From Octopus sinensis (taxonomy: Eukaryota), in NCBI RefSeq assembly GCF_006345805.1, contig NC_043020.1:21948001-22012000 (forward strand): 64,000 nt of DNA, in the 5' to 3' direction. The number at the start of each line of letters is the position of its first letter. Position 1 is the stretch's first letter. Position numbers and translations under genes: made by a program. The notes beneath the pieces are model-generated. The model saw nothing but the letters and a program-made list of their open reading frames with translations. It searched no databases and was not told where the DNA came from. Shown here piece by piece: positions 54,172 through 64,000 of this stretch.

Positions 54172-57100
54172 AAATCCTTAAATCCTTAAAAATGTTTTAG
54201 CCCGAAGGCCGCGGCCATGCTGGGGCACCACCGCTGAATGAGCTACACTAGTTTGTGAATCCACCTCTGATACGTGGCACTTGATCAACAAGGGTTTTGA
54301 TGCTGCTGCCCGCATCCGTGTCTCCTGTCATGAGGTAGGTTCATCTGGGACTCCCACAAGAAGAGATCCAGTTTAGTTTTAAAGAAACCCACATCCACAC
54401 CATGTAAGTCTCTCAGGCATTTAGGGAGGATGTTAAGAGCTGTGGTCCTCTGAAACCCAAGCTGTTGCAGTATCTGGACCTGTATTTTGATGTGATGTTG
54501 GAATCCTTGGCACCACGCAGCGGCGCCCCGTTCTGCGGTTGGAGTAACTTTGAATGCCAAAGTTTGGGACAAGACCCTCCAGGATTTTCCAGATGTATAT
54601 CACTGCATATCTCTCCCGCCTCCGCTCCAGGGAGAAGAGGTTTAATACCTTCAGTCTTTCCCAGTAACTGACATTTTGCATTGAGACGATTTTCTTTGTG
54701 TAGCTTCTCTGAGTTGCTTCGAGTTCTGCTGTTTGTTTTATATTGTGTGGTGACCAAAGTTGGGAGCAGTAGTCCAAGCGGCTGAGGACAAATGTTTTCC
54801 ATAGGACCATCAGTGTCTCCTTCTCTCTTGTTCTGAAAGTTCGGAGAATCCATCCAGCTAGCCGTCTGCATTTTATCACCAGATTAGCAATATGCATTTG
54901 GAAAGATGCATCATTGCTCATGTCAATGCCCAGGTCACGCACTGATTTTGACTCAGGGATTGCAATTCTTCCTGGGCCAGTGTATCCAGTCTTCACGTCA
55001 TTTACCTTTGTGTGCCAGTAGCGCAGGGCCTGGAACTTACCTGCATTAAACTGCATGTTGTTGTCCTCAGCCCACCTGTATATTGTGTCCAGCTCATGTT
55101 GCAGATGTGCAATATTTTCAGGGTTTTGTATTGCGTGGGAGACTTTTGTGTCATCTGCATAGCTAGCAAGGGTGGTCATCGTAGCAACTGAAGGCATGTC
55201 TGAAAGGGCCACTATGAACATCAGTGGCCCCAAGACAGTGCCCTGTGGGACACCGCTTGTTATTTGCGTTTCCCTGGAGGTGGCTCCATTGCTCACAACT
55301 GCCTGTTTTCTGTCTTTTAGGAAGTTGTGCGGCCACTCTCCAAGTTTCCCGCCTATGCTGAGACCACGCAGTTTGTGACAGATCATACCATGGTCGACTT
55401 TATCAAAGGCTTTTGCAAAGTCAAGATATATTACATCCACTTTGAGCCATTTAGTAGCTGTTTCAACACCCGTCATAGTGTTGCAGGAGCTGTGTTTAGG
55501 CAGCCTCTACCTGGTCGAAATCCATGCTGGGTGTCAGACAGTAAGTCATTTTCTTCAAGGAACATGATTAGTTTCTTACGGACTATTCGTTCCATGACTT
55601 TGCTGATGTGTGAGGTCAGAGAGATAGGCCTATAATTTTTAGCATCTGCTCTGCTACCTCCCTTATGGATAGGGCATATTACCCCCCCCTTTCAGTTTGA
55701 CTGGGAGCTTACCACTTGCAAGAAAGCTCTGAAAAAGAAGCTGTAGCGGTTTTGCAAGGGCTCGTTTGCACGATTTGAGAAGGATCGCTGGGAATCCATC
55801 AGGTCCAGCAGCTGAGTTTGTATCAATCTCATCAATCGCTAGTGTGATATCATCTTCTTCGATGTTGATGTACTCAATTTTTGTCTCTTTGGCCGCTGGT
55901 AAAGTGGCAAAGAATTCTTCTGGGTTGTTTACTTGCCTGTGTCCTAGAGGTGTAGTGAACACACTTTGGAACTGTTCGTTCAGTATTTCACTTATCCTCT
56001 TTTTGGAAGAGAGGTCCTATTCTCTGGTGCACTGTGGCTGTCTCTTTGGCAAACTTAAAGAAAGCTTTAGGTTTGATTTTATATTTTCTATTACCCACCC
56101 AGATTCTTTATCTGCTCTCTCCTTTCATGGGACTGATGTAGACTTTTCTCAGTTTCCATTAGCATTCTTTCGAGCCGAGACTTCTCACCACTTTTGGTGT
56201 GCTTGCTCAGGCGGTTTGCAATCCTTGTCCGTCGTCTCATAAGAATCCTCCTTTCTCTAGGGATCCTGTTTTGTTCTTGTGTGTGCTGGCCCTGCACATT
56301 GGGACATATTTGTCACATATGGCTTGTATTATGGACATGAAGTGTTTGTGTTTCATGTTTATGTCCGGTGTGGAGAGACATTCAGGCCAATCCTGTTTGA
56401 GGATCTCTTTCTCAATCGACTTCCAGTTGGCTTTATGAAAGTTTAAGTTGGAGAGATGGTAGGTGCTTCGTATAGGCTGTGTGTCTGCTGGGGCTTTTGT
56501 TCCATACATAGACAGCTCTATTATGTTGTGATCCGAGATCATTGTCGGCATCACATTAACATTATGGATAATATCCATATTGTTGTGAAAGCAGAGATCC
56601 AGTATATTATCTGCCCTTGTTGGTTGCAGAACTATTTGCTCCATGAAAGAGGTATTTGTGAGATGGAGCAGGGACTCCACCTGTGCCTGCTGATGGTGTG
56701 TCATCCCTGGGAGCATCTGCCCCCCAGGCCATTCCACATTGGGGAGGTTAAAGTCACCCATGAAGAATACACTGTTTGCTGTTTCAAGGTTGGTGAGGAC
56801 TTCTCCTATTTTGTTGGCAGTCTTCAAACATGCATGAGTGTTTTGGGGCGTCTGGTGGGCGATATGTAGTGCATATGACGATATTCATTGTCTTATGTGT
56901 ACAATTTGAGTTTCACACACTGAGTTTGAATATGACAGCAGGACCTGGGGCATGAGGTCATCTCGGATGTACATTGCAACTCCACCATGGCTCCTCCCTT
57001 TTCTATCTGTGCGTATGACTGCATATTGCGGCATGTGTATTTCTGCATCACCTATATCGGGTTCAAGATGCGTTTCTGTGAGTGCCATGCATATAGCTTG

Positions 57101-59280
57101 ATTGCATGTCACAAGGTCTCTCAGGAATGAATTTTCTTTTTACAGTTTCCGCGCAGCAGCCCTCCTACATTCAGTAGAAATATTTTTTGTGGTGTGTGTT
57201 GTGTTGGTGTCTGTGGTGGCCATCCTGCATCTGTTGGAGGTGGCCTTATGTGGTGGTAGTTCCAGCTTTGTGCTTGTAGCCAGGTCAGCTGCTGAACAAT
57301 TTTTGTGCCATGCACAAAAAAGACTGCTGTTCAGCTGCCGCCCTTCTCACATGGGGGTGAAGCTGGCCACCTGTTGGGTTTCCGCGCACCACATCTGCAT
57401 ACTGTCTTTCAGTAGTGGTCAGTGCGTTTTCCCTCTTCTTTTAACTTTTTGTTTTTGTTTTTGTTCTCCCTGAGAGAGGGACCTCTGTCTCGCGTCCGTG
57501 CGGTTTTGGTAGGGCCTCCGATGTGGCAAAGCGACAGTTTGCACCTTCAACGCCGTACCAGCAGTCCCCCCTCAGGTAGATTTGCAGGTGTTTCTTTCCC
57601 TGCCCTTACAGTTTTTGCTGGGGTCCCTCTGCTTTCTGGACAGGGCTTCCTTTAGCCTTGATTCTGTCACCCTTTACCTCCTGCTTCCCATCAATTCCAG
57701 GGTGCCTTTCTTTCTTGCGGCCATCGCATCTCTTTGGTCTTCAGTTGTGGTGTTGGAAGCTGGACATGTGTCATCGTTTCCCTGTGTTCCAGGCTTCTCC
57801 ATTTGGCTTGGATGCTTTCCTCATCCTTTTGGCCCTCCCTGCTGCCGTCACCTCCCAGGATGATGTCCAGGGTGTCCACATGTTGCCTGATTAGAGCGTA
57901 CGAACGGATAATTCTCTCTTCTTTCGCTCTATCTGGGCGGTGGTTCTCGAAAAATTGTTGCTTTTCAGCGCGCAGCAATAATGTCGTTCGGCGAGTCGTC
58001 CTCAGCGATCCTCCAAGCGCGGCACGAAACAATTGCACCTCTCTCGCAGACCAGTTTCTTGCCATTTTCTTCTAGTGAAATATAGAACAGAGAGAGATAG
58101 AGAAGGAGAGATATGGAGAGGGAGAAGAGAAAGGAGAAAAGCCAGGGGGGGATAGAGAGAGAGTCGAGGGGATTGTCCTGAGAGAAGAGAGAGAAAAGAG
58201 AAAATAAGAGGGAAAAAAGAGAAAGGTGAGAGAATGGCAGGTCAGCAGGGGGAGAGGAGCGGGATAGAGGTGTAGTAGAAAGGGACAGGGTGGAAAAGTG
58301 AGACAAGAGGGTGGACCCTAGGGGGAGCAGGGAGAAGAAAGGCGGAGAGATAAAATGGAGAGGAAGAGAGAGATGAAATGGAGAGGGAGAGGAGAGAGAG
58401 CGGATAGAGGTACCAGGGAGTGAAGTAAAGGGACAGAGAGGGTGGTGTGGAGGAAGGAGACAGAGAGAGGAAAAAGAGACAGGGGGTGGTGAGCCTTAGA
58501 GGGAACAGGGAGAGGAAAGGTAGGAAGAAAAAAGGGGGAAGAGGAAGAGAGGGCGCCACAGAGTGTAGTAAAGGGACAGGGAGGTGTGGTGTAGAGAAAG
58601 AAATAAGGGGACAGAAGGGGAAGAGGAAAAGGGGTTGACCTGTGAAGGAGCGGAGAGGAAGAGGCAGAGAGAGGGAGGGGGAGTAACAGAGAGAGAGAGA
58701 GAAAGAGGGCGGTATATAGATACAAGAGAGAATGGTGAAGTTGAGGAACTGAGAGAGGGGTGAGGTGAGAGAAAGTTGATCTGAGAGAGATGCAGAAAGA
58801 GAAACGATTGCAGAGGGAGAGAGAGGGAGAGGGGAGAGTGAGAGCGGAAATAGAGGGTCTGGTGGATGGGGAGACAGATAAGGTATAAACTGTATGAGAG
58901 AGATAGAAATAGAAATGTAGAAAGAGAGGAGAGATTATAAAGATAGAATAGCGCGTATTTTTATATCTTTTTAATTATTATTTTCTGTTTGAAAGAACAC
59001 TAATGATAACAATATAAAAATGTATAGAGAGAGATAGAAATAGAAATGTAAGAAAGAGAGAGTGCGTGGCAGGCACGGAGGACGAAATTATAAAGATTAT
59101 AAAGATAGAATACCGCGTATTTTTATATCTTTATATCTTTTTTTTTTTTTTTTTTAATTATTTTCTGTTTGAAAGAACACTAATGATAACAAAATAAATA
59201 ATATCTTACCTTACCGGCTGAGAGAGTACTTACGTGATTCCTTTTATAAGAAAGGAAGATAGATAGACAAGACAGACCTT
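54172..59280 (-). mobile_element. Near full-length CR1-group LINE (ORF1, APE, RT), frameshifted
   Basis: ORF1 from ATG 58065; APE motifs ALTETHL, GDFNLP, LDL, SDH; RT motifs AGPDG, DFAKAFDKV, GVPQG, YADD, LERRR; tail (TTTAAGGA)n; 5' boundary uncertain. Confidence 0.88.
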
Positions 59281-59519
59281 TTATATTCCTCCCCAAGCGC
59301 ACTTTGTAAACAAAAGGGTTTGAGTTTCGATTTAGCACATGCAACAGTTTGACGATACTTTCTGTATTTTCCTAAGCGATTTGGTATTAAGCAGCAAATT
59401 TTTCAGAGGCTTTTTTCAGAACACGCATATATACATCAAAACGAAAATATCCTTCTCAAAAATACTGTGTCTTGTTGATTCACAGACGAAGAATAAAATT
59501 CACTTCGATTTCGGGAAGT

Positions 59520-59980
59520 ATATATATATAATATAATATACATATACATACATACATATTTATATTATACATAATACATATATATACATATATACATATT
59601 TATATATATATATACATACATATATATATATACAAAACATATATATATAACATACAATATATACATACATATTTATATATACATTAATACATATAATATT
59701 ATATATACATTATACATATATATACATACATATTATATATACATATTTATATATATATATATATACTACATATATATACATACATATTTATATATATATA
59801 CTATATATATATTATACATACATATTTTATTATATACATATATACCATATATATACATACATATATATATACATATTTATATATATTATAATACATATAT
59901 ATACATACATATATATATATATATATAATATATATATATATACATACATATTTATATATATATATATATAATATATATAT

Positions 59981-60079
<99 letters not shown>

Positions 60080-60168
60080 CATAATATACATACTATATAT
60101 ATATATATATGTATATATAATATATATATATATATATATACATATATATAATACATATTTATATATAT
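59520..60168. repeat. Compound (TA)/(TACA) microsatellite
   Basis: Direct inspection. Confidence 0.95.
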
Positions 60169-61897
60169 AGCCAAAGATAAGCCCCTGTACCTGGCTTTCG
60201 TTGACATGGAGAAAGCCTTTGATAGGGTCCCCCGATCCCTCATCTGGTGGTCAATGATGAAACTAGGGATAGATGAAAGGCTGGTGAGGGCTGTGCAAGC
60301 CATGTACAGAATGCCGTAAGTAAGGTTAGGGTTGGCAACATGTACACAGAATAATTCAAAGTAGAGGTTGGGGTCCACCAGGGTTCAGTACTCAGCCCCC
60401 TCCTATTTATCATAGTCCTCCAGGCAATTGTGGAGGAATTCAAGACAGGTTGCCCCTGGGAGCTCCTCTATGCTGACAACCTCGCTCTAATTGCTGAGTC
60501 ACTATCAGAACTGGAGGAGAAGTTTCAGGTGTGGAAGGAGGGTTTAGAATCGAGGGGCCTTAGAGTCAACCTAGCTAAAACCAAAGTACTAATAAGTAGA
60601 AAAGTAGACAATCCACAAATGTCCTCAGGAAGATGGCCCTGCTTGATCTGTAGAAAAGGTGTAGGTAGAAACTCTATAAGATGTACACAGTGTAAGCTAT
60701 GGACACATAAGAGGTGCAGCAATGTCAAAGGTAGGCTAACTGGGAAGATAGTTTTTGTATGTGGCAGATGCTCGGGAGCATTGACCTCCGAAAATCTGCA
60801 GAAAACAACTTCCGTCACTTTCCAGGGGGAAAAACTAGAAGTAGTTGATAGCTTCTGTTATCTAGGTGACCAAGTCAGTAGTGGGGGTGGGTGCGCTGAG
60901 AGTGTAACTGCTAGAATAAGAATAGCCTGGGCAAAGTTTAGGGAGCTCTTACCTCTGCTGGTGACTAAAGGCCTCTCGCTCAGAGTAAAAGGCAGATTGT
61001 ATGATGCATGTGTACGAACTGCCATGCTACATAGCAGTGAAACATGGGCCGTGACTGCTGAGCATATGCGTAAGCTCATGAGGAATGAAGCCAGTATGCT
61101 CCGATGGATGTGTAATGTCAGTGTACTTACTCGACAGAGTGTTAGTTCCTTGAGAGAAATGTTGTACCTAAGAAGCATCAGTTGTGGTGTGCAAGAGAGA
61201 CGATTGCGCTGGTATGGTCATGTGGCGAGAATGGATGAAGATAGGTGTGTGAGAAAGTGCCAATCCCTAGCAGTTGAGGGAACCCGTGGAAGAGGTAGGT
61301 AGACCAGGAAAACCTGGGACGAGGTGGTGAAGCATGACCTTCGAACGTTAGGTCTCACCATGGAAATGACTAGAGACCGAGACCTATGGAAGTATGCTGT
61401 GCGTGAGAAGACCCGGCAAGACTAGTGAAGCCATAACCCGTGGCCCCTACCTGGGACATAGTCAGTCCACCTGTGCATACCTTCCTTCTTGTGACACTTG
61501 TGAAGACCTATTGAGGCAAGTGAAAATCAAATCAAACCAAATCAAAATAGATGAACATCAATGGAATTTGTATCCTTGTGGTACCAGTGCCGGTGGCACA
61601 TAAGAAAACCATCCGAACGTGACCGTAGCCAGTACCGCATCGACTGGCCTCCGTGCTGTGGGCACGTAACAAACACCATCCGATCGTGGCCGTTCGCCAG
61701 CCTCGTCTGGCACCTGTGTCGGTGGCACATAAAATCACCCACTACACTCTCGGAGTGGTTGGCGTTAGGAAGGGCATCCAGCTGTAGAAACACTGCCAGA
61801 TCTGACTGGCCTGGTGCAGCCTTCGGGCTTGCCAGACCCCAGTTGAACCCTCCAACCCATGCTAGCATGGAAAGCGGACGTTAAACGATGATGATGA

Positions 61898-61900
<3 letters not shown>
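60168..61900 (+). mobile_element. 5'-truncated RTE LINE with a Cys/His finger inside the RT
   Basis: [30 protein letters not shown] and LRWYGHVARM motifs; (GAT)n tail. Confidence 0.9.
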
Positions 61901-61935
<35 letters not shown>

Positions 61936-62156
61936 TTTTCCCCCTCAAATATAGTATTCAAACTAGTTGCTTCGATTTTGTCGCCCGCCTCCCACCCCCA
62001 CCACCAATACCGGAAGTTTCTACCCTAATACCGGAAAACACCCCCTCCCCCACTAGCACCTATGTAGGGTTTATCTGAACATATAGCGCAAAAATTGTGA
62101 AAAGTATGCAGGTTGTAGTCTAGAGTTCCATATGAAATCTGCCAAATGCAAGCTTT

Positions 62157-64000
62157 CTTTTCAGGTACATGACACTGCTGTCCCTCGTCCCAGGGTCTCT
62201 GATGCCCACACCTCCCAAACCCTCAGAGTTGGCACGCTCAACGTTGGCACATTGAAAGGTAGGTCTGGAGAGATTGTAGAGCTGCTTGAACGGAGACGTG
62301 TGGATGTATGCTGTATCCAGGAAGTAAGGTGGAGAGGAGGTTCTGCTAGGCTCCTCACGGGCAAGGAACACAGGTACAAGATTTTCTGGGCAGGGAACAT
62401 TGACGGTGTCGGGGCGTGGGTATACTTCTCGCGGAGAAATGGATAGGTAAGGTAATCGAGGTAGTCAGAATAAGTGACAGAGTAATTAAAATTAGATTAG
62501 TTCTTCACCATAGGACAGCTACCATCATCTCGGCATATGCCCCTCAACCAGGGCTACCGGAAGGACAAAAAGACCAATTCTATGACACCCTATTGCGGAC
62601 TACCTCATTGACAAATGACAGTGACCTTCTCTTCGTGGCAGGTGATTTCAATGGACATGTTGGACGACATGTCAGGGGCTTCCATGGCATCCATGGAGGC
62701 CACGGTTTTGGCTCTCGAAATGAGGAGGGAACCAGGCTGCTGGAGTTCTGCGATGCAAATGACCTTATGGTCTGCAATACCCACTTCAGGAAACCCACCT
62801 CTCACCTAGTCACCTACCGTTCTGGCAGACACACCAGCCAGATGACTACATCCTTGCCAGAAAAAGGGAAAGAGGGCTGATTATAAATGCCAAAACCTTC
62901 CCAGGCGAAGAATGTACTCCCCAACATAGATTAGTAGTTAGCGACTTCAGGATCAGAGCTAAATGGTCGCCCAGAAGAAGACCAGCTTGGAGGAGAAGGG
63001 TCTGGAAGCTTAAAGATCCTGCAAATGCACAGAGATTTAGAGACATACTACTCGAAGCCTCTGACGAAATAGAAGGGGATATAGCTTCACTTAATGTGGA
63101 AGACAACTGGAGATTCCTACGGGACAATCTGCTGACAGCCACTGACCAGATCTGTGGATGGAGCAAAGTACCATCTCGACCCAGAGTAACATGGTGGTGG
63201 AACACGGTGGTTGACGGGGCTATTAGACAAAAGAGACAGGCTTGGAAGGACTGGAAGAACGGTGGTAGCAGGGAATTGTATCAGACAGCCAAAAGGGAAG
63301 CTAGGAGACAGGTTTATATAGCCAGAGGGGAAGCGGATAAGAAAAAATTTGCCAATGTTCTGAGCCGTGAGGATGAAAGACTTGAGGTATTTCGTGTTGC
63401 AAGACAGTGTGTGAGAGAGAATCGTGATGTGGTAGGAGAGAAGTGTGTTCGCATGGATGATGGTTCACTTGCGCTAAATGAGGATGCAAAGAGAGAGGTT
63501 TGGAGATGCCACTATGAAAGTTTGCTGAATAAAGAAAATGAATGGGATAAAGAGAGTCTGCCAAATGTTGACCCAACAGAGGGACCAGCTATCCGAGTTG
63601 ATAGTTCCGTAGTAGCTAAGGCAGTTAGGAGCATGAAGACAGGGAAAGCCCCAGGCCCATCAGGAATTACTGCAGAGATGCTCAAAATATCTGGCAGTGT
63701 CGGCTATAACCTAGTCACCCGTATAGTCAACCAGGTGATACACGAAGGAGTCATACCCAATGACTGGTGTAGCAGCATACTAGTCAACTGCTACAAAGGT
63801 AAAGGTGATGCCCTGGATACAAATAATTACAGAGGTATCAAGCTGTTGGATCAGGTAATGAAGGTTACGGAGAGGGTCTTAGCCCAACTAATTAGAGAGA
63901 GAGTTAGTTTAGATGAGATGCAGTTTGGGTTTGTCCCAGGGAAAAGCACCACTGATGCTATATTCCTGGTAAGGCAGCTGCAGGAGAAATACCTAGCCAA
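62157..64000 (+). mobile_element. RTE LINE: APE endonuclease and RT N-terminus, running off the window
   Basis: GTLNVGTL, CCIQE, SAYAPQ, GDFNGHVG, QHRLVV, KAPGPSG, NYRGIKLL and QFGF motifs; frameshifts. Confidence 0.92.

Noticed and set aside
60168-64000. The first RTE copy begins (TAGCCAA) at the sequence where the window ends, suggesting permutation
   Set aside because: The window edge is arbitrary; it cannot be evaluated without downstream sequence.

Overview
AT-rich, microsatellite-dense eukaryotic intergenic DNA made almost entirely of nested transposable elements. The SINE types and repeat style suggest an invertebrate, probably a cephalopod such as Octopus (inference only). No intact host protein-coding gene, rRNA, tRNA gene or CRISPR array is visible; most listed ORFs are translated microsatellites. 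Recognisable content: several Penelope-like elements (PLE; RT and GIY-YIG) with inverted or tandem termini; Helitrons; mariner, MULE and Sola-like DNA transposon relics; a Gypsy-like LTR relic; at least four tRNA-derived SINE families; a roughly 23 kb pile-up of (TAA)n-inserted R4/Dong-like LINEs with a non-coding partner element; a 131-bp satellite of about 30 units; CR1-group and RTE LINEs; one CpG-rich promoter-like island; and a 100-N gap. The most notable hidden signal is a set of hammerhead-ribozyme (HHR) motifs at PLE-like termini. These include one canonical type I motif, a U3-A8 compensatory core variant, and a hammerhead-like fold lacking GAAA that shows stem I covariation inside a retrozyme-like direct-repeat element. 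All folds were paired by eye and none has been tested.
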